Notes under the pieces: generated by a model
Told to the model about the DNA's origin: nothing
The model's database searches: none
Seen by the model: only the letters and a program-made list of their open reading frames with translations
Shown: positions 27,482 through 36,410 of the stretch, piece after piece
How the letters are laid out: the number at the start of each line of letters is the position of its first letter
How positions within the stretch are numbered: position 1 is the first letter of the stretch
Virus record (IMG/VR): IMGVR_UViG_3300005253_000126
Strand: one strand, 5' to 3'
DNA length: 64,000 bases
From: an uncultured virus (IMG/VR IMGVR_UViG_3300005253_000126)
Lineage: Duplodnaviria > Heunggongvirae > Uroviricota > Caudoviricetes
Made by a program: the position numbers and the translations under genes

Positions 27482-28023
27482 ATCCCAGGCCCACTAATCG
27501 AGAAAAATGTCTCGTTCACATGATTCGTGAGTGGCTCCCCATAGTCCCGCTTCATCGCCTGCCCGTTGCTGACGTAGATCACTGTAGCCTGACGTGCCGC
27601 ATGCCGCCCCAGCAGCATAGACAGCAGCTTGGTGCGCTTCCAGGTGGGGATGTCACCAGTGTAGAAATCAGGGACCAGCAGCACGCTGACGTTGCTGTGA
27701 TCGTAGTCGACCAGGTCCTCGATGGGCACGACGCGCGCCTCGATGAAGTTCCGGATGCACGCGCCACCGATGGCCTGCATGCGATCCATGACCCGGGTAA
27801 TCTTGCCTATGTAGGCCAGGCCCGTGATCTCTCCATCAGCCAGGGCCCGGCGAAGGTTGAGAACCCACTGTATCTCTTCATCGTCGCACCAGCGGCGCAT
27901 GCTGTCAGTGATGAAGCTTGAATGGATGCCCGTGCGCCGACTTATGCCGTCGAGATCGGCCAGGATTCGGTCATGCTTGACCGGGTCAATTATCCTGTCG
28001 TCCACACGTGTGGACTCCGTCAA
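27478..28023 (-). CDS. DnaC-like helicase loader, degenerate
   Basis: Lies between initiator and DnaB; VLLVPD...LL.R....TVIYVSN echoes DnaC LLIIDD...R...TIITSN, but no Walker A. Confidence 0.55.
   Translation of the reverse strand: MTESTRVDDRIIDPVKHDRILADLDGISRRTGIHSSFITDSMRRWCDDEEIQWVLNLRRALADGEITGLAYIGKITRVMDRMQAIGGACIRNFIEARVVPIEDLVDYDHSNVSVLLVPDFYTGDIPTWKRTKLLSMLLGRHAARQATVIYVSNGQAMKRDYGEPLTNHVNETFFSISGPGI
28000..28015. promoter_or_regulatory. palindromic box GTCCACACGTGTGGAC (copy 2)
   Basis: Exact 16-bp palindrome within the first codons of the loader gene. Confidence 0.8.
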
Positions 28024-28826
28024 AATATCCCCTTCTTGAATATCAGCTTCTGGCGGGGTTGGGGTTCAGATCTCTCAATCACGTTGTGCAGGAGCAGATC
28101 GGCTTCCTCGATCCTCGTCAACAGGTTCCCGATCTTCGGGAGTCTCGACGCCCCTCTTGGCAAGGTGATCAGGTTCCAGTTCTTGATGGCCACCCCCATG
28201 ATCGCGAGCTGCCGACCGCCAGGGGCCCGCTCGATGAACAGCTTGAACTGCCCCAGTTCCTTTCTCGTGAACTCAGGGGTATAGGCGTCGTGGTGTGTCT
28301 TCATCAGCCGCCTCCACACCCGGGTAGCATTGCCCACGGTCTGGCTCATAGCATTCAGCTTGCCGACCATTGCAACATCATTCAGGGGGTTGTCCCCACC
28401 CTCCAAAGCCTTCAAGGTCTCTTCTGCATTCATGTCGATCACCTCGGCGGTCCTGACCGCTGGTGTCTTTTCTCTTGTAGATTCACTTGTATATTCTGGG
28501 TGACACTCTGTCACCTCCAGAGGTGCTACTTTGTCACCCCCGGCATGTTGTTCTGACACCCCCTGACACCCTGACATGTCTACGGTATATTTGCTCGTCT
28601 TGTTGCGCCGCCTCGTGACCTTCAGGACTTTCATGTGCTCTAAAGAGCATATTACCCGGTTTACGGTGCGTTTACTGACACCTGCATCCTTAGCAATCAG
28701 CTCTATACTCGGCCACGCTTCCCGACCACCCTTTCCTTCTCGCAGGGCGATGCACATCAACACCCACTTAGTCGCCCCTCTAAATTTAAGGTTGTCCCTA
28801 ACTTCTGCCATTTTCTCGAAGCTCAT
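28020..28826 (-). CDS. replication initiator with N-terminal winged HTH (HTH_36-like)
   Basis: KWVL..IA...AWPSIELIAKDAGVSKRTV.R.I..LE...RR...SKY. Confidence 0.85.
   Translation of the reverse strand: MSFEKMAEVRDNLKFRGATKWVLMCIALREGKGGREAWPSIELIAKDAGVSKRTVNRVICSLEHMKVLKVTRRRNKTSKYTVDMSGCQGVSEQHAGGDKVAPLEVTECHPEYTSESTREKTPAVRTAEVIDMNAEETLKALEGGDNPLNDVAMVGKLNAMSQTVGNATRVWRRLMKTHHDAYTPEFTRKELGQFKLFIERAPGGRQLAIMGVAIKNWNLITLPRGASRLPKIGNLLTRIEEADLLLHNVIERSEPQPRQKLIFKKGIF
28499..28580. repeat. iteron-like repeats, putative replication origin
   Basis: GGTGACA-CTC-TGTCACC dyad, GGTGCTACTTTGTCACC, and three CTGACA(C) repeats inside the initiator gene next to an AT-richer tract. Confidence 0.6.
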
Positions 28827-30013
28827 GAGCGCACCAGATCCTTGCGCACCAGGTCGTGCACAATGTGAGTGATGCTGGCCGGGGTCATAGTGTTGAGGGA
28901 AAAAAGATCCCGCAACCGAACCTTGACCTCCCCCAGTACCCTGAGAAGAGGGCCTGGCTCTAGTTCATTTTCCATGCTATGCAGTAAGCTCTCCGCGAAG
29001 TCCTGAGCATGGCTCAACTGCTTTATGTAGCTGAAGGCGATCCCTCCGTCAAGTCGTTCCTCGCGTATCAGCTCACGAGGCAACGCCTGCGGGTCGTTCG
29101 TGGTCATCAGCACCAGGACCCGACTCTCCCGTTCCTGCATCCACCACAGCAGAGATCCCAGGATGCGGCTGGCCACGGCGTTGTCGTCATCGACCTTCAG
29201 AGCCTTCTCGACTTCGTCGATCAGCAGCACACAGGGCTCGGCCCGGTCAGCCTCGGCCAGGGCCCGCCTCATGTTCTCCTCGCTGTCCCCCACATACCGG
29301 TGGAAGATCGAGCCCAGATCCAAACGGTACAGAGGAACCCCCAGCTCCCTGGCCAGGTACTTGGCGGCCATGGTCTTACCCGTTCCAGGCCATCCCGTGA
29401 ACAGGAGCCCCTTAGGCCTTAGCCTGCGGCTCATATTGCGCCGCCAGATCTCCCCATCCACACTCAGCCAGTCGTCCAGACTTGAGTCCGGGAGATAGAA
29501 GGGCACCCGGCAGTCTACCTGATACAGGCCTCTGGCCGTCATCGGCAGTCGCCGACGTAGATCTGTGACACTCGCCGGGGTCAGCTCTCCGTACTCGCTC
29601 ATGGCCAGGACCGCCACTTCCTTCAGGTCCTTCAGCGTCAGACCCCCGAGGGCGTCCAGAACAGGCCCTACATCGGCCGCATACGCCTCCAGCTCGTCCG
29701 CAGCCAGGTCCCGGGGTACGGGCATCACCCCAGCGTCGAACGCCTCCTCACAGCCCTCTACGTTGACCAGGACCAGGGTCTGGCCATTGGCGGCCAGCTC
29801 TTCATACCACCTCTTGACCTCAACCTCATCCGGCCATTTGTCTAACCATAGCCAGTCGCCCATCGCCCTCTGGGGGCCTCTGGGGTATTTGTTCATGTCC
29901 AGGAGTTTGAAGTCCTTGCGGACCAGGTGGGAAAGTATGCGCTCGGCGTTCAATACATCGTCCGTGCGCACAGAAATTAGGGGCAACTTGGCCCTCAGGG
30001 CAGTCTCTAGCAT
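28823..30013 (-). CDS. AAA+ ATPase (Ycf46-like)
   Basis: PKGLLFTGWPGTGKT, YVGDSE, LLIDEVEK, MTTN, ERLD. Confidence 0.92.
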   Translation of the reverse strand: MLETALRAKLPLISVRTDDVLNAERILSHLVRKDFKLLDMNKYPRGPQRAMGDWLWLDKWPDEVEVKRWYEELAANGQTLVLVNVEGCEEAFDAGVMPVPRDLAADELEAYAADVGPVLDALGGLTLKDLKEVAVLAMSEYGELTPASVTDLRRRLPMTARGLYQVDCRVPFYLPDSSLDDWLSVDGEIWRRNMSRRLRPKGLLFTGWPGTGKTMAAKYLARELGVPLYRLDLGSIFHRYVGDSEENMRRALAEADRAEPCVLLIDEVEKALKVDDDNAVASRILGSLLWWMQERESRVLVLMTTNDPQALPRELIREERLDGGIAFSYIKQLSHAQDFAESLLHSMENELEPGPLLRVLGEVKVRLRDLFSLNTMTPASITHIVHDLVRKDLVRS

Positions 30014-30058
30014 AGCTCGATCTCTGTTGGGGGTGGATCTTCGCGGCGCGGGAGTGTA

Positions 30059-30361
30059 CTACTTCAGCCCCTTGAGTTGCAACTTTATCGTCTCGATGTC
30101 GTCGGTCAACCTTTGAACCTCATCCTGATCGCCGTCTTTCTTCGCCTGGCGTCTCTGTGACTGCAGCCATCGCAGCTCCTGCATCAGCAGAGCCTTAGTC
30201 GTTAGCGCCTGCTGAGACTGTACGCCACTGGCGTATACCTCAAACTGAGTCATACCCAGGAACTGGGATTGAATCCACACCCAGGCGATCACCACACTGG
30301 CCGCAGCCCCGATCACCTTCCAGACTAACGCGGCCGTCAAATTACCGTTAAGGATCTTCAC
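30059..30361 (-). CDS. membrane protein with coiled coil
   Basis: N-terminal TM segment, C-terminal heptads. Confidence 0.6.
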   Translation of the reverse strand: MKILNGNLTAALVWKVIGAAASVVIAWVWIQSQFLGMTQFEVYASGVQSQQALTTKALLMQELRWLQSQRRQAKKDGDQDEVQRLTDDIETIKLQLKGLK

Positions 30362-30764
30362 TGTCGTCCTCGATCATTGCCTCGTAGGCCTCGACCAGCG
30401 CCATGAGCTGCTCAATCAGCCGGATGAACTCTGAGGTGTTGTGCCCCAGGTTCTGATAGTACCGCGGCAGCATGATGATGACCGGGGTCTTCTCCAGCAG
30501 CTTCATAAGCGCGGCGGCGTCATGGTCTCCCTTCACATTCTCGAACGCGTAGGCATCGAACTTCAGCTCCAGAAAAGAGAGCTGTGCCGGTCTAGGGAGT
30601 CTCTTGATTGTCGGCGGAGCTGCCTCGACTAAAATCGGCGCTGAGGTCTTCAATGTTGCGCAGCTTGACAGCAGTAGCGCGATTGATATTCCTACCAATC
30701 CATGCAGGAAACCTCTGCACCTGTTCCGTGAAGTCAACCTTGGCCAGCTTTTTCGAGAGTTCAT
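30348..30764 (-). CDS. o-spanin (Rz1-like lipoprotein)
   Basis: Lipobox LLLSSC, Pro-rich segment, overlaps the i-spanin 3' end. Confidence 0.75.
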   Translation of the reverse strand: MNSRKSWPRLTSRNRCRGFLHGLVGISIALLLSSCATLKTSAPILVEAAPPTIKRLPRPAQLSFLELKFDAYAFENVKGDHDAAALMKLLEKTPVIIMLPRYYQNLGHNTSEFIRLIEQLMALVEAYEAMIEDDSEDP

Positions 30765-31020
30765 TACTCTTCACCCGTGCCTTGTTGTACTTATGGCCCA
30801 GGTCATCCAGAGCCTTCTGCGTTCTCGCCACCTGGGCCTCGGCATTCAGCTTGTAGCTGGAGAACGACTTCGCGGTAACCTCGTGGGCTAACTGCTCCAC
30901 TACGAAGGCTTGCTTGGCCACGACGTAGGCCCCGTGCCAGTATTTCACCTGCCACGCCAGGACCCCGATGACCGCAACCACGACGGCCAGGCCGATCAGC
31001 TTGGCTTTAAGGCCAAACAA
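30592..31020 (-). CDS. i-spanin (Rz-like)
   Basis: N-terminal TM segment followed by periplasmic coiled coil. Confidence 0.75.
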   Translation of the reverse strand: MFGLKAKLIGLAVVVAVIGVLAWQVKYWHGAYVVAKQAFVVEQLAHEVTAKSFSSYKLNAEAQVARTQKALDDLGHKYNKARVKSNELSKKLAKVDFTEQVQRFPAWIGRNINRATAVKLRNIEDLSADFSRGSSADNQETP

Positions 31021-31292
31021 CGACCAGCACCACCACGGCGACTACTGTCCACACCACCGCATGCCAGCGCCACTTCTTGGGCACAGGGCACACCAGCTTA
31101 TTGAACCAGGCTTTCACCCACAAGCTCACCATCCAGTCCTTCATATCGTCTCCACCCCGCCTATGATAGATTTCTCCCACAGGTGGTCCACGTTATCGTC
31201 GTCAGCGCTGGGAAGGCCGCCAAACTTGAACGGGCTGATGACATCGGTAGGGTCTACCCCCGTCCGCTCTTCGCCGTGCCATTCATGATTCA

Positions 31293-32540
31293 TCAGACGA
31301 TCCTCTCTTCAGGTGTACGATAGTAAAATTTGCCACCACTCACGGCGACAGATTCGCCTATTGTAACGTAATCGAAGAGCGTGTGCTGCCTCAATGTGTC
31401 TAGGATGACGAGAGGAAAACCGTTTTGCCAAAGTTCCCCTTCGGTGTAGTCGGCATCTCGTCGATGACCAGCCCCGCTCTGATGCCACTCATACGCTCCA
31501 AATCGCGCGCTATAGTGTGGCGTAGAAATGTGCTTATGGTAATGGCCATTCGCTCCGGGCATTCCCATCTTGGCCCCGTAGGGGTAATGATGAACAAGGA
31601 ACTGCTCATGGTAGATAATGAAATTCCGGCGCAGCTCTTTGTTGAGGTCGATCTGCCTGTACGCCGCGGCGGCCAGGTCAGCCTGGGCGATGTAGTTGAC
31701 CTGGAATTTGTCAAGGCCAAGCAGCTTCGGAATGGTGAGCCCGTGTAGATCCGAGAGCACAGCTCGGAGAGCAGGCGTGGCGTCAGCCAGGTGTCTAAGC
31801 AGTCTGTATTCATGGTTGCCCTCTATCAAGTCGATCTGGCAGTCATCGCCCACCGCCTTACGTGTGGGCCCCAGGATGCTGTCGTGCGCGAACCTGATGC
31901 GTCCCGTGACATCCCATGTCCGTGGGTCTTGAGTCCATCTGCTGAACTCAGGCAAGTCAAACAGATCACCGCCAAAGCACACGATGGACGGCTGGAATCG
32001 CCTCAATGTATCAAGCCACACCCTCAAATAAAACGGATCTATATCCCTGTCGTGTAGGTCAAAGGCCAGCGCTATTTTCACGTAGCGCGACGTGTCCTTG
32101 ATCACGTACTTGTGCTCCCACTGGGCCATGTCCTTCCGGATCTCGCGGTAGTGATCGGCTGCCGCGTGCTTGGCAATCTGCTTCTCAAGGTTGTGCTGAT
32201 GCCGCGTAGGCACCACACTCGCCTGGCGTTTGAACTCGGAGAAGGTGCCGAAGTGACCGGTCCACGTGGACTCGGAGATGTTGGAGTGTACTCGGAAAAA
32301 GTTGCGGGTTATGACCTGGGCTGGGAATGACTCAACGATGCGCCGAAGTTCGGCGATGCACTCTTCAGGGGTCCAGACCTTAAATTTCTTCTCGTCCTCA
32401 GAGAACGAGATGCGCTTCTGCCGTTCGTACCGGTAGCGGAATGTGGACTGCGATATGCCGAGGGTCTTGGCGGCCTTCGTGTAGTTGCCGCCATGTTCAA
32501 CATACAGCTCGATGTAGTCGGTCCTGGAGTCTTTTTTCAC
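31293..32540 (-). CDS. calcineurin-like metallophosphoesterase with N-terminal HTH domains
   Basis: FDLH, GGDLFD, EGNHE, HH, GHYH; N-terminal GNYTKAAKTLGISQSTFRYR. Confidence 0.88.
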   Translation of the reverse strand: MKKDSRTDYIELYVEHGGNYTKAAKTLGISQSTFRYRYERQKRISFSEDEKKFKVWTPEECIAELRRIVESFPAQVITRNFFRVHSNISESTWTGHFGTFSEFKRQASVVPTRHQHNLEKQIAKHAAADHYREIRKDMAQWEHKYVIKDTSRYVKIALAFDLHDRDIDPFYLRVWLDTLRRFQPSIVCFGGDLFDLPEFSRWTQDPRTWDVTGRIRFAHDSILGPTRKAVGDDCQIDLIEGNHEYRLLRHLADATPALRAVLSDLHGLTIPKLLGLDKFQVNYIAQADLAAAAYRQIDLNKELRRNFIIYHEQFLVHHYPYGAKMGMPGANGHYHKHISTPHYSARFGAYEWHQSGAGHRRDADYTEGELWQNGFPLVILDTLRQHTLFDYVTIGESVAVSGGKFYYRTPEERIV

Positions 32541-32573
32541 TGGGGGCTCCGGTTACTTGTGACCTGGCCCTAA

Positions 32574-32602
32574 AGTGTACAGATAAAACCCCCCACGTTC
32601 AA
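32574..32602 (-). promoter_or_regulatory. sigma70-like promoter
   Basis: TTGAAC-17 bp-TACACT in intergenic gap. Confidence 0.6.
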
Positions 32603-32606
32603 CTTG

Positions 32607-33338
32607 TTACGCTGCTCCCATCTTCCTCCTCTTCTGACGAGGAGAGTATTTAATCAGCGACGGCCAGTCACCGTTGAAGATCTCATCAGCGAATCCCACG
32701 GTCACTGCTTGCTCAGCTTCCATGAACACGTCTTCCTTCCTGTCCATCTGCGCCTTCAGCCACTGTCTGATTCTCGCGCGACTCCATCTCGACATGACTC
32801 CCTGTTCTTTCAGCGCGTCCACATAGTGCTCGATCATGCGCGCGATCAACACCTTCTCTCGTTCCGCCTCAGTGTCCAGTTGCTTGGCCGTGCCACTGAA
32901 TTCCGCATTCCCCGTATGGAACATGAACCACGAGTGGGGCATCATCACGCGTTTGTTAGCGGCCAGGAAAATCAAGCTACTCATTGAGCGGGCCCACGAA
33001 TAATTCAGGATGGTGATCCTCGAAGGGCAAGTGCGGATGGCATCGAAGATCGCCATGCCCTCTTCCCAGTACCCCCCGCACGTCTTCATGTGCACCAGGA
33101 TCGGCTTATCGGGGTTGGCCCGCATGCAGATGTTCAGGTTGCGGATGAACCTGTTGGCCATCGTGTCCTCGACGCCAGGCTCCCCGAAGTTGGCTTCCAC
33201 CGCCTCGCCCGTGGCCCGGCTGTCGGTGCCCATCAAATAGATCTGATTCGAGTCCGTGTCAACATCGTACTCGTGCACCCGGAAGGGCACGTCATCGTTC
33301 TTGACGAGCTTCAACTTGTGATCCAGTCTATGCTTCAT
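32607..33338 (-). CDS. clpP: ClpP-family serine protease
   Basis: TCGG..EGMAIFDAI, ARSMSS (Ser), FMFH (His), EDVFMEAEQAV..GFADEI (Asp). Confidence 0.9.
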   Translation of the reverse strand: MKHRLDHKLKLVKNDDVPFRVHEYDVDTDSNQIYLMGTDSRATGEAVEANFGEPGVEDTMANRFIRNLNICMRANPDKPILVHMKTCGGYWEEGMAIFDAIRTCPSRITILNYSWARSMSSLIFLAANKRVMMPHSWFMFHTGNAEFSGTAKQLDTEAEREKVLIARMIEHYVDALKEQGVMSRWSRARIRQWLKAQMDRKEDVFMEAEQAVTVGFADEIFNGDWPSLIKYSPRQKRRKMGAA

Positions 33339-33766
33339 GCCCCCCCCGCGCATTGACTCCGCAGCAACACCGTCATCTCATCCCACGGTACTCGTACCCC
33401 GTAAGTCTTCCGGTACATTCCCTCCAGGGAATATGCCTGTGCTTCGTTCGCCGCCGTACACTTCGCCATCACCATGGTCCCATTCACATCCTGTAGGTAG
33501 TGAACAAGCTCGTGCACCAGCACGGCCTCGCCCCTTTTAGTCTTCACATCCAGCCCTATCCTCAACCAGATCTTGCGGGTGTTGTTGTTGTACAATCCCT
33601 GGAGGTTGTAGTCCTTGGGGTCGGCGTCCTTGCCGCGGGCCATCCTTACCAGCTCTATGTGGTCGGCATACCCCACGGTTGGCAGTTGCTGGCCATTATA
33701 CTGCATTTCTGCAGCATCGGAAATCGCCCCGATCCATATCAGCAGAGGCAGGAGCAGAGTCTCCAT
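33335..33766 (-). CDS. DUF6647-like exported protein with HExxH
   Basis: Signal-like N-terminus; GLY....IWL; LVHELVHYLQ; C...EAQAY. Confidence 0.75.
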   Translation of the reverse strand: METLLLPLLIWIGAISDAAEMQYNGQQLPTVGYADHIELVRMARGKDADPKDYNLQGLYNNNTRKIWLRIGLDVKTKRGEAVLVHELVHYLQDVNGTMVMAKCTAANEAQAYSLEGMYRKTYGVRVPWDEMTVLLRSQCAGGA

Positions 33767-33767
33767 C

Positions 33768-33986
33768 CTACCGGCCCCCGTTTTTCCTCGCGCTATTATC
33801 GTCGAAAACAGCGCCGAACACGTAGGCACCGATGGTCGTGCTGGCCAAAGCGGACAACGCCAGCAGGGCTGTCTGCTCTGTAGCCGGGTCCCCGCCGCCC
33901 ATCAGGACGATCTTGCCGATGCACCCCGCACAAAACAGCAGAGTGCAGTTCACAATCCTCCGGCGGATCTTCCAGCTCGCGTCCAT
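33768..33986 (-). CDS. holin (putative, 2 TM)
   Basis: SWKIRRRIV...TM...TM-GAYVFGAVFDD; adjacent to DUF5675. Confidence 0.65.
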   Translation of the reverse strand: MDASWKIRRRIVNCTLLFCAGCIGKIVLMGGGDPATEQTALLALSALASTTIGAYVFGAVFDDNSARKNGGR

Positions 33987-34417
33987 CAGTATGCCTCGAC
34001 GATCTCCAGCTCAAAGCCGTCGTTGTACCGTAGCAGCTCCATGAACTCACTCCAGCCACCCCGGCTATCGAGAACCGCGGGCTTGCCCCCCAGGTAGCCA
34101 AACTCCTCCCCGACCAGGATGCAGCCCTCTGTGTCCTTAGGCAGGTTCCCCCTGTGGATCAGGATCAACGACCGCCCAGGTACGTCCTGGACGTTGAAGA
34201 TGTCCCCATACTTGGCCGATGGCTTGAATCCATACTCGGGGGACTTGCTGCATCGCAGTACCATGTAATTCCCGGCCGGGATGCAGGAGGCTCCTACCCG
34301 ATTATTGTCCCACGGGTCCTCACAGGTCAGGGCAAACGCATGCTCATGCGTCAGCACGCCGAACGTGCCATCAGGGCCACTGTGGACTCTTACCAGTCTC
34401 AGCTTCTTTCTCATCAC
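33986..34417 (-). CDS. DUF5675 family protein (putative endolysin)
   Basis: GTFG, TCE.PW, SCIPAG.Y, VPGRS.ILIH.GN...DTEGCILVG. Confidence 0.85.
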   Translation of the reverse strand: MMRKKLRLVRVHSGPDGTFGVLTHEHAFALTCEDPWDNNRVGASCIPAGNYMVLRCSKSPEYGFKPSAKYGDIFNVQDVPGRSLILIHRGNLPKDTEGCILVGEEFGYLGGKPAVLDSRGGWSEFMELLRYNDGFELEIVEAY

Positions 34418-34607
34418 GCCACTCTCCTCAGTTTCGGAAGTGCTCTCACCTCCATTGGTTTAGGGTCCGGGGTATATTCACTAAGACTGATTCTAGCAGC
34501 CACAACGGTAAACGATGCCCCTCCAGGTTCCTTGGTGAGTTGAAAAATAAACCCCCACCCGAACAGATAGAACGCCAAACTTTTCACCCACTTTTTCTCC
34601 GAGCCGC

Positions 34608-34859
34608 TCATTTTATGAATACCGCCCAGGCGGCAAGCGCCGTCAATATCGACCCAACTCCCCCGGCGGCCCCCCACAAGCCTCCCTTCAATCTGATGAC
34701 CGCCTTCATGCTGGCCACACACTTCTCCAAGGACACCAGGCGCGTGAATATCTCCAGGGTATGTCGCTCCTGGTTTTCTTTCAGCTCATCCAGGCGGTAC
34801 ATGATCAGCTTCTGGTGCTCAGGCCAGCCGTTATTGTCGTATCTTTTGTCATTGCCCAT
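34608..34859 (-). CDS. coiled coil plus C-terminal TM protein (holin-like)
   Basis: Hydrophobic C-terminus, located next to lysis genes. Confidence 0.55.
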   Translation of the reverse strand: MGNDKRYDNNGWPEHQKLIMYRLDELKENQERHTLEIFTRLVSLEKCVASMKAVIRLKGGLWGAAGGVGSILTALAAWAVFIK

Positions 34860-34863
34860 GAAT

Positions 34864-36054
34864 CTACCCTATCACATGCAACCGATTACGTGTTGGTGGA
34901 GGTAATGGTATCTCAGCCGCATCTTGCAAGAGCATAGCCCACTGCTCACGGCACTCGTAGTCTTGGGCTCCATCAGTCTCGAAACCTATGCTGAAGTGTT
35001 CTGATGCAGTAGGTACTATTGAGGCCAATTCCGTTATAAAAAAACGACCGGCGAATGATTGTGTAGGGTTAATATCTGGTGACCGCGTAGTACCGTCCAC
35101 ATCATTGCCAAGCAAAATGAAATGAGCAGTCCCAGCCCCCCCAGAGCGCTTCATACTAGATACCCCCTTTGCGGCTACAATGTTTCCAGCTAGACGAGAA
35201 TCACCGCTCGGTCCCTCTGGAAACCCATTCGCAGCATCACAATCGACGGCCCCTGCTCCAGCGCTTGTATATTCTGGATTTGTTGCGGTCTCTGCTACAG
35301 GAGTCTCCCCTGCTCTATTCCAAGTGCCTGCATGTAATTGACCGTTGCTATCTGCTCCCCCTGTACCATCGCGGTCAGGGTCGTTGGAGTTCTTTACATT
35401 CTGATATTTGAAAACGGCAGCATCCCCAAGCCTGTCGGGGAACGCGACACCGTCCGAAGCAATACCATAAAAATCATCATAATAGATAGTCGGGTTCCCG
35501 GCAGTATTGTCAGCCCCACCAAAAAAAACGACCGGCCTTTCCGTGTCGGTCTGTACCGAAAAATTTCCGCTGGTATCTATTAAAAAGGTGACATCGTCAT
35601 CTAAGGTAAGTTCAAAGAAACCGGACACAACTAAAAACATCGTCATCTCTAGCAAATGCCAGGTATTAACTGACCATCCAGGCGTAGCACTTGCTTCTTC
35701 GACACCAAGCTTATTTATTATCGCAAGGTCGCCATTTGTCTTCAGTCGTAAAGTGAGATGAGAAGCACCTGCATCGTCTTCTACCCAAAATAAGTCTACA
35801 TCGCTGCCTGGCGTTAGATCGGTAAGGTTAATGTGAATCCCAATGGTAAGTTTTGCCGACCACTCAAAAATTGGAGGCGGACGGATTGTTTCAAATCCTA
35901 TCTCCGCTGGTGTAGCGGCAGGAGCCATTCTGCACGAAAACGCGCCAGAATTTACAACACCTGTTTCCGTAGCATCAGGACTACCAACAGTTTGATCAAC
36001 TTCATCAAGCCCCCCAGTTTCAAAACCACAAAAGTTCTCTATAGTAATGGTCAT
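34864..36054 (-). CDS. virion fibre/receptor-binding protein with ConA-like domain
   Basis: GFETG, NTWHLLE, YYDDFY beta-sandwich motifs; lower GC than flanks. Confidence 0.65.
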   Translation of the reverse strand: MTITIENFCGFETGGLDEVDQTVGSPDATETGVVNSGAFSCRMAPAATPAEIGFETIRPPPIFEWSAKLTIGIHINLTDLTPGSDVDLFWVEDDAGASHLTLRLKTNGDLAIINKLGVEEASATPGWSVNTWHLLEMTMFLVVSGFFELTLDDDVTFLIDTSGNFSVQTDTERPVVFFGGADNTAGNPTIYYDDFYGIASDGVAFPDRLGDAAVFKYQNVKNSNDPDRDGTGGADSNGQLHAGTWNRAGETPVAETATNPEYTSAGAGAVDCDAANGFPEGPSGDSRLAGNIVAAKGVSSMKRSGGAGTAHFILLGNDVDGTTRSPDINPTQSFAGRFFITELASIVPTASEHFSIGFETDGAQDYECREQWAMLLQDAAEIPLPPPTRNRLHVIG

Positions 36055-36392
36055 TACCTGGCTCTCCGTAACGTCACCGCATAGCACTCGCCATCCCAAA
36101 CCACAACGCTGACAATTACCGGACGAGACACTAGATCAGGACCGTCCCAGAAAAAGTCTTCTCGGTTGGGGTTGGATGTTCTCGTCGGCTCATCACTCGG
36201 CAAGTCGGTACGTTTGATGCGAACATCTAAGAAATCCTGTAATTGCATTTTAACAAGAGCGGCGACCTTCACGTTGTTTCCTTCCTGTTCAGTGAGAAGC
36301 GCCACCACGTCAATTTCCAAACGACCAGAAACCACAGATTCTTTCCATAACCTAACGTGTGTTCCTGTGCTTTCTATTTTATGGACTGGCAT
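36054..36392 (-). CDS. hypothetical protein (fibre-associated)
   Basis: 112 aa ORF, TAATG-coupled to the downstream gene. Confidence 0.65.
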   Translation of the reverse strand: MPVHKIESTGTHVRLWKESVVSGRLEIDVVALLTEQEGNNVKVAALVKMQLQDFLDVRIKRTDLPSDEPTRTSNPNREDFFWDGPDLVSRPVIVSVVVWDGECYAVTLRRAR

Positions 36393-36410
36393 TAGGATAT
36401 TTCCATCGCA

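Noticed and set aside
32260..32271. GTCCACGTGGAC as another copy of the dispersed palindrome
   Set aside because: Only 12 bp, different arm spacing, mid-gene; may be chance
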